From contig JAYWIR010000004.1 of NCBI GenBank assembly GCA_036172245.1, forward strand, positions 1-64,000: a stretch of 64,000 nt of DNA. The letters run 5' to 3'. The notes beneath the pieces were generated by a model that did no database searches, was not told the origin of the DNA, and was given only the letters and a program-made list of their open reading frames with translations. This DNA comes from Raillietiella orientalis. Taxonomy: Eukaryota. This document shows positions 26,601 through 38,404 of this stretch, in pieces. The stretch's first letter is position 1. Every line of letters starts with the position of its first letter. A program made the translations under genes and the position numbers.

Positions 26601-27221
26601 TTGATCAGCGGCTGGACAACAGGAGAACTGGCCGACGCCTCGACCCCGAGCGTCCAGCCGCGAGGATTGTTAAGAGGGGGCGAGCTGCTCGCCATCCCCA
26701 GGGATGAGCTGAAGTGGCCCCCGGTGATGAAAGAATCCAGGATCCTGCCCCTGAAGTGGCAAGAGTCGGCGTTGCTTTTGTTGCACTGGGGTCTACCCTG
26801 CAACGCGCGCCGCTTCCACTGGACGAGGGGAGCTGTGGATCCTGCGTGTGCCAGGTGCGGGGAGTGGGAGTCGCTTCCCCACCTTATTGTGGATTGTGCT
26901 GCCCTCCGACCCCTTTGGGAACGGTTCGGGACGACCCTCGGGCTCCCTACGGGCAGCACCCCCAGAGACGTTCTTCGGCCTTTCTTCGTGAAGGACGCAC
27001 TGCAGCCAGCCGCAGCCATCGCAGCCTTGTGCTGCGTCCGTGGCATCGTGTCGGCATGGAGCGACGCCAACAACGAAGGAGTGGGTCCACAGGCGAGGGA
27101 TGTCATCCCGTATGCCAAACGCTTCTTGCGAAGAGCTGCCGGATGGCCCCAACTGGGGAATATGCAGGCTGACCTCGAGGGCTTCGTTCGACGGATGGGC
27201 CCTTCCCACAGCGACCAGTGA
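23622..27221 (+). CDS. ORF2 polyprotein: APE endonuclease, reverse transcriptase, C-terminal Cys motif; open for 1199 codons, but the first codon reads ATA
   Basis: WNVNGL, LQEIH, NVYAP, GDYN, IDH, SDH; APGEDG, WRPITIVN, DLHKAFD, QGDSLSP, YADD, KYLG; CARC..ESLPHLIVDC. Confidence 0.93.
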   Translation: MTPGLASRRRIRAACWNVNGLRDDGNRRYTADTLRELDLALLQEIHVITAADAQEIETIAGGRLYWRCGLRNTCGVAFFLKPAIDAAVKGVRFDDDGRVGQLILSWSDSIELIVTNVYAPSGKQGYSDRTRLLDSLKRDWLADTNVRKAHLIAGDYNLRLLTGEPETQENAMNELCAAMRARNLFAGERGMVRSIDHVFLDADLCSRVGKRGRVASTLSDHSRLIFEMRPRDKGPPSRNWRLPGDWTRLSGAEEYLREYLRGVTLRNLQDWDLFKESVREFCEQFPLDRLPPGFGEGARNHRAYLQARSYERTPNVRRLAEYRAGAERQAWQSGSASLLDDQGRECSSPASVRHLVRSFYSSLYARQPPDRNASRRLLPDGAPAIGEEEMESLDEPFTTGEILAGIKTLKRRKAPGEDGLPAEFFQSFAEELAPLLLKLIRLIRDEGDVPASFRSARVRLLPKGGDLRDLKNWRPITIVNTDAKLIAGLRASRLGQVAESVISPEQTYAVPGRSMDANLFFEGTWVHRQRREKKGIGKVGNPTLGPPAGLGRDPRAGKGALALAVDLHKAFDCVDQELLLELLGRMGFPPSLISYLRSCWRNAIITVSFSGQKVYGVPVRRGIRQGDSLSPLLFSTYFELVLRAYRVTLAPLPSSCPVTPAVAAYADDLLLLLPMSTPAKAVGDFFDLLSRGTGLQVNRAKSSVVPINVAWAGQQDWVRLGIPTARCFKYLGVPLGDYSPAEAWSSCLQKVETAIGPFLEGKFHLPERAAVWNAFAAPILRPLLFVCSPTVESKKRKKDLLRIALWGKGRPRVPLKDLCVPRRDGGLGLLTLERVEKQLPWRTLAIAAKMWSTPWCTPARLLASRVSRCDGLASFLLSRGRKMRRCGLLLGRMATFAKENSWMVCCPANSPAWLEENIGTWAVVNQRSHETWNRLRCSPYARCTLRNLLESPARCTWAETTCLATALPFLRRALYSTRTPRWQVSCCIEGREKLISGWTTGELADASTPSVQPRGLLRGGELLAIPRDELKWPPVMKESRILPLKWQESALLLLHWGLPCNARRFHWTRGAVDPACARCGEWESLPHLIVDCAALRPLWERFGTTLGLPTGSTPRDVLRPFFVKDALQPAAAIAALCCVRGIVSAWSDANNEGVGPQARDVIPYAKRFLRRAAGWPQLGNMQADLEGFVRRMGPSHSDQ

Positions 27222-27421
27222 TCCCTTCCCTGCCCTCCAACTTCTTTTTGTTTGTTTCGTTTTATTTTACTTTTTGTCTCATCCCCATCCCCCTTCGCTG
27301 TCGGGGAGTGCCACGCCGGGCTGCGTCCCGGTGTTCCGACAGGTCCTGTGTTTACGGCCGTGGTGGGGCCTTGTACCACGCATGTGAAGTTTATCAATAA
27401 ACGCCCCGGGCGTACCCGGGT

Positions 27422-30030
27422 GGCAACGCCGAAACCTGGAGGGAGACGGTTCAGGGGAAACTGGTCGCAGAACTCGCGGACTGAGCTCTTCAAGTCGTCC
27501 CTGTCCGCGAGCGACTGCAGATGGAAGCCTTGCAGGAACGAGCGAAGATGTTGCGCTGCTCCTGCGAGGCGCAACCAGTCCCCTGGCAAACGCCACGCTG
27601 TGGAGGGTGGACCTCTACCGCGCGGGTGTATTTCTAGCGCCAGCCGGGGATGGTCGGAAAGTTCGGATGGCACTGCCCCTCGATTTCCCACCCGCGAACA
27701 CAGGTGGTTGTCGAGGACCATGTGGTCGATCCTCGTCTCCGTCCCGGCGTCACCGGCCAACAAGTTGCGCGCGTGCATGGCAGCGCACATCTCGTTGACC
27801 AGCTGTGCGCGAATGTCGAGCGCACCTGCCAGCAGGCGGACGTTAAAGTCCCCGACAATGAGGTGCGCCTTTCGCATGTCTGCTACGGCCAGCCAATCTC
27901 GCCGCAGGCCTTAGAAGAACGCATTGCGTTCCCCGCGCCTGTGGCTCGTGCCGGGCGCGTACACCTTGGTCACGACGAGGTCGATCGCGTCGGACCACTT
28001 GGCAACAAGCTGCCCGATTTGACCTTCCCCGTCGAAGTGCACGTCGCGCAGCGCATTAACGACGGCTGGCTTCAGAATTAAAGCCACACCGCGGGTGTGG
28101 TCTCTCCCGTTTTAGTATACGAGCCGCCCTCCTGCGATCTGTTGGATTTCCTGGTCATCCCCTGCGTGGAGCACGTGCGTCTCCTGCAGAAGCGACAGGT
28201 CGAAGTCCCGCACACCGGCGGCCACTTCTCTCCTCTTGCCGTCGTCGCGCAACGTGTAGACGTTCCAACAGATTACGCGCAGTCGCCGGCAGGAGGAGAG
28301 CCCACGCGTTGGTGTGTTTATGGTGTTTGCTTACCGTCCTCCGCCTGCTGTTCAGCAGCTGGGAGTTGTGTACCCATTGCGACGGGCTGTTGCTCGCAAG
28401 GAGGCGGTACGTCGGTTGTTGTGGTGGTGGTTGGAGGATCCTGCTTGGCCAGGGACGTCTCCGGCGAGGAGTCGCGAGACCTCGCGGACATCGCCTCCCC
28501 GTCGTCGTGGTCCGACCGCATTTCCGTCTCCGCCGGTGGAGGTGCGGAGCGCCGCGGGTTGCCTACCTTTCGGCCCGCTTTCCGCTTCGGGAGAGCGACT
28601 GCCGGAGCGTTGCCGGCTTCGGCTTCGGACTCGGAAGTCTTCGGTCCTTTCGCCTCAGCCGGACGCTCAAGGCCTTCTTCTGGGCCTTGGGAGGCTGCTG
28701 GAGCATGGCTGCCAACTCTTCCGCCGCCTTGTTGAAGTCCCGGTCGTCGCTGCTCACGCTGGGCTCGCAACTTTGTCGCGGCGTCGGCGTTCGCGCGGCG
28801 GCGGGTTGAACAGCTGGCGTGACGTCACAACGCATCGTTCCGTCAGCGGAGCGAGTATCGATCGCCGGCACGCGTTTGATGGCCACGCTGCACGCTTTCA
28901 TTGTTGGGCGTGGCGCGACCTTCCCCTTGCCCTTCACCACTTTCGCCGGTGCGGGCGCGGTTTTTTTAACGATTTTTACTTTATGGGTGACCAGCTGCCA
29001 GCCTTCCTCGTCGGCAGTCTTTTCTGGGAGCTCCTGTACCGAGTCCCTTTCCTGCTACACGACTTTTGTCGGAGCCGACGGCTGATCCCCTTTTGTGGGG
29101 TTTATTACTATTTTTGCCTTCCCTTCCTTCTTTTGCGGAAGTTCCGGCGTTGGAGCGACGTTCATCGGGCACACCACTTTGGTGTGGCACTTCGCGCCGC
29201 ACGTTGGGCAAACCGCGTCCGGGCACCACTTTTTCAAATGCCCGAACGAATTACAGTTTCCACAAAATTTAGGTTTCCCCACAAACCAAACGTCGACGAA
29301 CTCGTCGCCAATTTGGAGCTTGTGGGGAAGCTGTACGCTTTCTCGAAGCGTCACGCGCGCGCCTACTCGCCCACTAAATGCACCGTTCACACCGAAGGTG
29401 TTGGGCTTTCTCCACATCGCGAAAACGCTTGCGTATTTTTCCAGTTCAGCGCGGATGGCGTTCTCATCCATCCGCACTGTTGTCCCTGTTAGGTGGACCA
29501 CAATGGAGTGGTCCACCGTGTGTGGGAGTAAATTCCTGCCCTCAAATTGTACGGGCGTGCAGAGCATCTTGTGGGTAAGAGCTGCATCCTTGCAGATGAG
29601 CTCCGCCAACTGCCCTCCGCTCCGTATAGAGAGGCAAAGAATTTCATGGTCGGCAATGCCCATCTTTTTGATGGCATTGCCGAACTTTCGCGCCCTTAAC
29701 GGGGAATATAAATTGCCTACCTTGTACAGGAGGGCCGGATTGTAGCCCTCCTGGATGTAGGATTGGATTTCAGCGGCGACATCGGGCGTTTCCGCCGCTG
29801 CCACCGCGCTCCAGGCCCTCGCCGTAGTGGCGGGTTCAGAGGAAGTGGTGGGGCGTGATCCCACCTCCTTTGGCTTGGGAGACGCGGTCTTCCCGCCTCC
29901 CTCACCTGAAACTGCGGCGTTCACAAGCATTTCTGCCTGTCAACCGCCGCGAAACACACACGAAACACCAGGAAAGAAAAACTCCCTATCCACATAGCGC
30001 ACAACAATTGCGTCCGCCGCACACCGCGCA
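27422..30030 (-). mobile_element. Family E-like 5' half: ORF1 (29930-28318, disrupted) and endonuclease (about 28310-27422)
   Basis: CGNCNSFGHLKKWC knuckle; GDFN, IDH, SDH, LPPGFG. Confidence 0.9.
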
Positions 30031-32816
30031 CTGAAGCCCTACTACTCCTCGTTGTACGCGAAGCAGCCCACGGAACGCAGTCTCTCCGAGCTGCTTCTTC
30101 CGACGGGCAATTGTGCTATCGATGAGGAGGAACGCGCCAGACTGGATTGGCCTTTCACGGCGGAAGAAGTATCTTCTGCCATAGCGGGCCTGAAGAGGCG
30201 TAAGGCGCCTGGGGAGGATGGCCTACCCGCGGAGTTCTTTCAGTGCTTCGCGGCGGAGCTCGTCCCCCTGGTGCTAAGCCTTTCCTCGCTGATGCGTGAG
30301 ACGGGAGATGTTCCCGCTTCTTACCGCTCAGCAAAGGTGCGGCTCTTGCCGAAAGGTGGTGATTTGCGCCACCTCAGGAACTGGCGTCCGATCACATTGG
30401 TGAATTCGGACGTCAAGTAGTTCTCCAGGCTATGGGTCGCGCGCCTGGGGAGAATCGCAGAGTCCTTGGTAAGTCCGGAGCAAACGTATGCTGTTGCGGG
30501 GCGGTCCATGGACGCGAATCTCCTCTTCGCGCGAACATGTTTCGATTTGATGCAGCGCGTGGCGCAGCAGAGCCAGGCAGCCGAAATCGCCGCTGCCAAA
30601 GGAAAGCGGCAATGTTCAAGCCACGATGGAACGCCGGGAGCCTTAGTGGTCGCCGTCGATCTCTGCAAAGCGTTCGACAGCGTAAACCAGGACCTCCTTC
30701 TGGAGCTTCTGGGACGCCTAGGCCTCCCGACGCACCTCATCGCCTACTTGCGCTCCTGCTGGCGTCACGCGTTATGCTGTATCTCTTTCAGCGGGCGTCA
30801 CGTGTACGGTGTACTCATACGGCGGGGTATCAGGCAGGGAGATCCCCCCTGCTCTTCAGCATCTTCTTTGAGTTGGTGCTGAGGGCGTACAGGCTGACGC
30901 TGGCCAACTTGCCGAGCTCCTGCCCGCAAACACCGGCCGTGGCCGCCTATGCTGACGACCTTCTCCTGCTGCTGCCCATGTCCACCCCGGCGTCCAGGCT
31001 CGAGGACTTCTTCGAGCTCATTCGTCGGGGAGCGGGCCTGAGCGTGAACAGGACGAAATCAGCCGTTGTACCGGTTGGCTCTACGTAGGAGGGGCAGTCC
31101 GACTGCAACCGCCTGGGGATCCCCACGGGCAGGTGCTTGAAGTACCTTGGCGTTCCCTTGGGCGCCTTCTGTCCAGCAGAAGCGTGGTCGGACTGCCTTC
31201 AGAAGGCCGAGACTGCTCTGGGCCCGTTCCAAGGCGGAAGGTTTCTCCTGTCGGAACGGGCCTTCGTGTGGAACATTTTCGTTGCCCCCCTCCTCCGTCC
31301 CCTTTTTTTTGTTTGTCCCCCTCCCTACTCGGCTCAGCGTTGGGCTTGTTGCCTGTTGCGAAACGCCTTGTAGGGACCGGCGAGGTCTAGGATACGCGTC
31401 AAGGACTTGGCGGCTCCTTGGCGGGATGCAGGATTGGGCATCCTGACTCTGGAGCGGATCGGACTGCTAGTGCAGTTCCGCACTTTGCGCCCAGCTATGG
31501 ACTACTCCCTGGTGTGCTCCAGCGCGGCTGCTGCTGCGGCGCTGCACGGGTGGCGACGGACTGCGTTCCTTGCACCTGCGCACGGAGCGCGCCCAGAGAA
31601 GATTCGGCTTTCCTTTGAAGCAGCTCGCCACGCTTTTAGGAAAGCATGAGTGGATCTCTTGCCGGCCGACGAACTTCAACGCCTGGAGGCAGGAAGCCTT
31701 ATCGTCCTGGGCAGCGGAACAGGATGTGTCCCGATTGGAACTCCGTTGCGTGAACCTTTCTCCATACTGTCCAATGGAGGAGGTGTTGGAAGACCAGGAC
31801 CAGTGGACACGCCTAGCCGCCACGCCCCTCGCCGAAGGACTGTCTGCATTGATGGTGCGAGACGACAGTGACGACAACCATCTAGTCCTACCTTATGAAA
31901 CAATAATTCGCATAATCATCACATCATCAGATGTTCTTCATTCATGAACCATCCCATCTTTAGGAATCAAAATCGATGCCATCCCGATGCCGGCGAGGTG
32001 GGAGGCCGCTTGCGAAATCGCAGGCGAAACCCGACTGCTGGGCGGCTGGAGGACTTGCGAGCTGGCAGACGCTGCACGCCTCGCCTTCGTGCCAAGCGAC
32101 TTTTCCGGTGGAGCGAGCTCCTCGGAGTGCCCACCGAAGAACTTGTGGTCCCTTCTGCGTGCTTGGACGCGACTGTGTTCCCCCTTCGGTGGAAACAGGA
32201 CGCTTTTCTGCTGATGCATTGGCGCTTGTACTGCAACCAGCGCGCGCACCTGGTTTCCGGGGAAGCTGCGTCCCCGAACTGCGGAGCAGTGGAATCGCTT
32301 CCGCATTTGCTGTTTGAATGCGGTGCCCACCAGGAGCTGTGGCGGCGGCTGTCTTCAGCGCTCCTGCACCCTGGACAAACCGCAATGGATTGGATACGCC
32401 GCTTCTTCACGCGTGGCGGCCTATCTCTTGGGGTGGTCGTCGCAATTATCTGCTGCGTCCGCGCCATTGTCAGGGCCCGCCACTTATTGCAGATGCGAGC
32501 AGTCCCAACATCGGTCCCCGACATCGCAACCTGCAACCTGCAAATGGCTGCCGGGTGGCCACATCTGGGAGCAGAAGTGAGGTCGGAGATCGGCGGCATT
32601 CACCGCCGGTTCTGAGAATAGCAACGGTTAAACTGCATACCCCTGTCCCCGCCTTCCCACCCAATTAATTTATTTATTGTCCCCCCCTCTCCCGTTCCGA
32701 ACTCTCAGTGTGCCCGTCCTGCGTTCCGGGAAATCTACTCCCCATCTTCTGTTTCCCTTGCCTGGGAACACAGTTCCCAGATGATATTATAAATAAACGT
32801 CCCGGCGCAACCGGGT
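30031..32816 (+). mobile_element. Family C ORF2 from linker to 3' end; pseudogenised, with a ~100-nt foreign insert
   Basis: APGEDG, WRPITLVN, AYADD, KYLG, ESLPHLLFEC; terminal hairpin 32792-32816. Confidence 0.9.
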
Positions 32817-32819
32817 AAT

Positions 32820-35564
32820 AAACCACGGCGAAGGTGGGCAGCATCGTGTCGGAGTTCTATTCCTCCTTGTACGCGCCATTAACACCGGAGCGCCATTTCG
32901 CGCAGCGCCTGCTGCCGAATGGCGCTCCCGTGCTCAAGGAAGAGGATCGTTTCAGGTTGGCGGAACCGTTTACGATGGTGGAGATCATCTCCGCCATCAG
33001 CGAACTTAAGAACACGAAGGCACCAAGGGAGGACGACCTGCCCGCGGAGTTTTACAAACACTTCGCGCCAGAGCTAGACCCCTTGGTGCTCAGGTTAGGT
33101 AAGCTGATCCGCGAACACGACGAAGTTCCCGCCTCGTTCCGGTCAGCAACAGTACGTCTCCTGCCGAAGTCAGGAGGCCTACGCAACATTGGTACTGGCG
33201 TCCCATCACAGTGGTGAATGCGGACGCAAGGTTGCGTGCCAAGTTGTGGGCAGAGCGTTTGGGGCGGGTGGCCGCTTCCGTGATCAGTCCGGAGCAGACG
33301 TACGCGGTTCCCGGACGAAGCATGGAGTCAAACCTGCTCCTCGCCAGCACATGGTGGCAGTTGCGACAACGCGTTGCTCAGGAGGGTCAAGGGAGTCTTG
33401 CGCTCCCCTCTGACCAGGAACATCGGCTAAAGGGTGGGATGGTCTCGGCGGGAGCCTTTCCCGTCGCAGTCGATTTGCACAAAGCATACGACTGCGTCGA
33501 CCAGGAACTCCTTTTGCAGCTCCTGGAACGCATGAGTTTCCCAGCCGTGCTTTAGTCCTACCTGCGCTCCTGCTGGCGCAACGCCTTAATAAATATTGGT
33601 TTCAGCGGCCGGCACGTGTACGGCGTGCCAGTGCGCCGCGGCATCCGACACGGTGACAGCCTGAGACCCTTGCTCTTCAGCATCTACTTCGAGTTGGTGC
33701 TGAGAGCATACAGGGTAACTCTGGCAACCCTGCCGAGCTCGTGTGCCGGCATGCCTGCCGTGTCGGCCTATGCAGACGATCTACTGCTGCTGCTTCCCGG
33801 ATCCACCCCGGCGAGTGCTCTCAAGGACTTCTTCGAGTTGCTGCGCCGCGGGACGGGCCTGGAAGTGAACAGGGCGAAGTCGTCCATGGTTTTTGTCGGC
33901 ACGGCGTGGGCTGAACGGTCGGACTGGATCCGCTTGGGGATCCCCACGGGTAGGTGCTTCAAGTACCTCGGCGTTACGTTGGGGGACTTCTGCGCAGCAG
34001 AAGCCTGGTCCCACCGTCTCCAGAAGGCAGCGTTGGCGATCGGTCGGTTCCAAGAAGGCAAGTTCTACTTGCAGGAACGGGCCGCAGTGTGGAACGCGTT
34101 TGCGGATCCCCTTCTTCGCCCCCCATTTTTTGTGTGGCCCGCCCCTCATTTTGTTCGAAAACGAGCAGCGGGCCTCCTGAGGAGAGTCCTGTGGGACAAA
34201 GGGAGGTCCCGTGCGAGGCTCAAAGACTTGTGCGCTCCACGTAAGGACGGTGGAATTGGCGTCCTTACACTGGAGCGAATGGAAAAACAACTGGGTTTTA
34301 GGACTCTCGCCCTTGCGGCCGATTTGTGGGACACGCCTTGGTGCGTTCCAGCACGCCTCCTGGCCCAACGAGCCACCGGATCCGGCGGACTTGTGTCGCT
34401 TCTGTTGGCGCGCGTCGGCAGATGAACGCACTGTGGCTTTCACCTGCGACGCATGGCCGTTGCGGTTCGAAAGAACGTCTGGATTTCCTGCCTTCAAGGG
34501 AACTACTCTGCATGGTTGCACGAGTCAGCCTCCACCTGGGAAAAGATCCACGTTCCGGCGGGCACTAGGATCACTTGCCTGAAAAGGCACGCCCGCTGGA
34601 CGCTGCAGGAGATCGTGCAGTCCCACGACAAGCTTCTGTGGGCCTTGATAACCCCCCTCGCCCCAGTGCTGCCCTTCCTTGTAAATGCCAGGGACAGTAG
34701 TGAGCAGGGGAAATGGACCGTGTCCTGCGCCATAGGCGGCAGGACACAATCGATAAAGGCGTGGACATCTCGGCAGCTAGCAGATGCTGCGACGCCGAGT
34801 GTCCCGCCCAACGGGATTCGACGCTGGGGCGAGCTACTCGGACTATCTCCGGAGGAGATGAAGTGGCCCCCAGCGTCCTGGAACAGTGCATTCCTCCCCC
34901 TGAAAGGGCAGGATGTGGCGTTGCTTGTGGTGCTCTGGGGATTACCATTCAAAGCACGCCTGCATCAGACAACCCGGGGGGCTGTGGGTCCCTATTGCGA
35001 CCGGTGCGGGAAAAAAGAAACATTCCCCCACCTTCTTCTTGAGTGCAGTGCCATCCTCCCTTTATGGGATCGCCTTGCGGCGATCCTGGAGCTGCGCCCT
35101 AAGGACGTTTTCAGGCACCTCTTCTGTCGTGACGCCTTGTGTAGCAGTCCTCTGCTGCATTCGAGGAATCGTGGCGGCTTGGAACGCCACCAGAAGAAGG
35201 CGCCAGCCAACCAGCAACGCCTTACGTTGGACTCGCCTATTTGTGCGAGGTGTTTGCAAGTGGGGCCACTTAGGCGCTGAAAGGATTCAGCTTGTCCGGA
35301 TCCTGAATAGGATCTAGGGAACCTATGCACGCGCAAAGTGATCCCTTCCCTGCCCTCCCACCTCTAAAACATTTGTTCCCTCCCACGTTTGAACTTTTTT
35401 GTTTGTTTTGTTTTTTCTTTCCCAACCCCCGCGCATCGGAAGGACCTCTCCGGCATAGCGCCGGGAACCAGCAAGCTGTTTTGGCGTGGTGCACCTTCGG
35501 GTTCTCCACTCGAAAAATTAATGTATTTTTATTCTTGGAAATAAATGTCCCGGCACATCCGGGT
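32820..35564 (+). mobile_element. Family F-like ORF2 from linker to 3' end; pseudogenised
   Basis: FYSSLYA, DLHKAYDCV, AYADD, KYLG, CDRCGKKETFPHLLLEC; terminal hairpin 35540-35564. Confidence 0.9.
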
Positions 35565-36425
35565 GTGAACGCGGACCACCTGCTTCTGTTTCTTCGGTGC
35601 TACGTTGGTTATCTTTTTAGCCTCCTTCTTCTGGGGCTTTTTCTTTTCTACCTTTTGCCAACCTTCCTCGTACTCGGCGTCCCCTCCAGCTGGTGCTGCG
35701 CTGCAGGATGTTTGAGCATCGGGTTGGTTGGCGGGGCAGGACTTTACCAGTTCCTGGCTTTTGTCCTGTTTCCTCGCCGTCTCTTCCTTACGTGCGCCTA
35801 CCGGAACGGACCTTTTCCTGTTGGTGAAAAGGGGCACATCAGGCGGATGTGCCCCTTTTCACCGCAGCCAATACACACGATGTTTGGGCATTTACTCTTC
35901 AGCTGCCCCGACACCTGCCAAAGCGGCAGCACACGGGTTTCCCCACATACCATACATCGATCTCCTCCTGCCCGACCTGTGGCCTGTGAGGTAGCCCACC
36001 CTCGGCCCAGACCGTCACGAGCGCAGCGGCGTATCCACTGAATGACCTGGTGTAACCCAGGACATTGGGTTTTCCCCACAACGCGTGGACCGTACCGAAC
36101 TTTTCCAAGGATTTGCGTACTGCGTTCTTCGCCATCCTCATTGTAATTCCGGTGAGGTGGACAACGATCGAATTGTCCGCCCTGAACGGGAAGATCCTTC
36201 TCCCGTTCACGGTCACCGGCAGGCGGAGCAGCTGTCAAGCCATCCCTGCAGTCCTGCAGTTCAGCTCAAGCAGCTGCCCGCCACTTCTTACGGAAAGCCC
36301 TGGACTTCTTCCTCCGGGACTTTCAACTTTTTGAATTCCACGGCGAAGGACCGCAAGACCGCGGGGGAATACAGGCCACTTACCTTATATAACAAGGCCG
36401 GGTTATACCTGTCGGCCATGTAAGC
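35565..36425 (-). mobile_element. ORF1 fragment most similar to family B ORF1
   Basis: SIVVHLTGITMRM, DVWYVGKP, CIGCGEKGHIRLMC. Confidence 0.8.
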
Positions 36426-37035
36426 CACATCGCGAAAACGCTGGCGAATTTTTCAAGTTCAGTGCGGATGGCGTTTGCATCCATCCGCAGCGTTCCCGGT
36501 AAGGTGGACCACAATGGAATGGCCCTCCGTGTGCGGAAGTAAATTCCGGCCTTCGAATTGTACGGGCGTATAGAGCATTTGTGCGTAAGAGCTGCATATT
36601 TCCTGATGAGCTCCGCCAGATTCCCTACGCTCCGTATTGATGAACACAGGATCTCATGGTCGGCAATGCCCATCCTTTTGACTGCATTGCCGAACTTTCG
36701 CGCCCTTCGAGGGGAATATAAGTTTCCTACCTTCTACAGGAGGGCCGGATTGTAGCCCTTCTGGATGTAGGATTGTATTTCCGCGGCGACATCGCGCGTT
36801 TCCGCCGCTGCCACCGCGCTCCAGGCCCTCGCCGTAGTGGCGGGGGGAGGTTGAGTGGTTGTGGTGGGGCGTGATCCCACCTCCGCAGGCTTGGGGGACG
36901 TGGTCTTCCCGCCTGTCTCACCTCAAACTGCGGCGTTCACAGGTATTTCTGCCTGCCAACGGCCGTGAACCGCACACGAAACAACAGAAAAAACTTCCTA
37001 TGCACGGAGCGCACAATTGCGGCCGACGTTGTCCG
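36426..37035 (-). mobile_element. Family E-like 5' end and ORF1 N-terminal fragment; paralogous to about 29410-30020
   Basis: MGIADHEILC, EGRNLLPHT..SIVVHLTG. Confidence 0.8.
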
Positions 37036-37169
37036 CGCGGCAAGCGCTACTACTACTCGTACGCGGAGCCCACTGAACGCAGCCTCTCCGACCTCCGGTG
37101 ATCGTCGAGGAACACATGGTTCCGCAAAGCACGCATCCTGGGATCGTCGACCAGCAAATTCGAGGCGTG

Positions 37170-38404
37170 CACGGACGCGCACACCTCGTTCACCAGCCGC
37201 TTCTCCCGGAGACGCTGTCTCCTTCGATGGCGTGTGGACGTTGAAGTCCCCGGCTACGAGGTGAGCCACTTCGGGGCCGGAATTGCTGAGCCAGCAGACG
37301 CGCAGGCTCTCGAAAAACTCGAGTTTCTCGATGTGACGCGCGGAGCCGCACGGCGCGTACACGTTCGTGACGACAAGGTCGATTTATTGGGACCACTTGA
37401 GAACAAGTTGGCCCACTCCACCTTCCTCATCCAAACAAGCTCTCAGCACCGCCCCGCCACCCTGCCTCGGACAAGGAACGCTACTCCGTAGGTAGTCTGG
37501 GAGCGTCACCTCCAAAGGAGCATCCCGCCTGCGCGATCTTCCAGATCAACCGCTTGCTGTTCGGAAAGAGCGTGAATCTCCTGCAACAAGTCCAGATCGA
37601 AGTCGCGCATAACCTTAGCAACCAATCGCCTCTTCTCGTTATCCTCAAGCCCGTTGACTTTCCAACAGGCCACTCGGAAGTTACGAGAACATGCGAGCCC
37701 GCGCATTATTGCTGCGGACATGGAGGTGCGTTCCTCCCCACGTCCGACGAGGCATCAGCCGGAAGCCCGTCGGATAGAGGAGCGCAAGCGCACCCTGTCT
37801 CCGCCGCGCCGCACGCGGCTGGCTCGGTGGAGTGGAGGACCATTGCCTCGGGCTCCGAGGAGCACCGGGACCCGTTACCGGCATCAGGCTCTTGCCTGGA
37901 AGGTTTCGGCTTGCGCGCAGCCCTGGATTGACCCGGGGCTTGGCGAGCCCATGCGCTGCCCACGGACACCACCTCGGAGTCTAAATTCCACGCGAGCGGC
38001 AGGCGTTTTTCCTGCCGTTTCTTCGGCTGGTAGCTCGGAGTTATACCAGCACTCGCACATGGCGCCTTCGGCGGCGATCCCCCTTTCGGGGTCGCGGCGT
38101 CGGCAGCTCCCCTCTCACCGCGGGTGACAGCGACGGCGCGCGCGGCGGCAGCAGAGGATTTTTCGTGCGCCTTTCTTGCCGCGCGGGACAGCCTCTTTAC
38201 CCAGCGTACCTTGATGATGGGGAAATGTCAAGGATCGCGAGGTTTGCGCTGCTTCTTGCCCCCAACGAAAGTCCAGCCATCCTCGCCGCTTTCCGGTTCG
38301 CCTCATCTATGCGCGAGGGCCTCGCGGGTCCTCTTCATCCTCTCCAAGGCCTCCGGTGCGGCGATGCCGGCCAGTTTGTCCGTCGCCACATCTGCCGAGG
38401 CCAG
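37170..38404 (-). mobile_element. ORF1 tail and endonuclease fragment of a further family
   Basis: ACWKVNGL..LQEIH, YAP, AGDFN; TAATG 37704-37708. Confidence 0.75.

Larger units (their letters stand above)
21781..27421 (+). mobile_element. Full-length L1/Tx1-like non-LTR retrotransposon (family B), about 5.6 kb
   Basis: 5' UTR, ORF1, ORF2, 3' UTR and terminal hairpin in order; CGCCGAAACC on both flanks (21766-21775, 27427-27436). Confidence 0.92.

Noticed and set aside
26543..27877. 444-aa minus-strand ORF and many similar GC-rich ORFs in 1-40 kb
   Set aside because: Chimeric or antisense frames crossing element junctions; only the endonuclease part is meaningful
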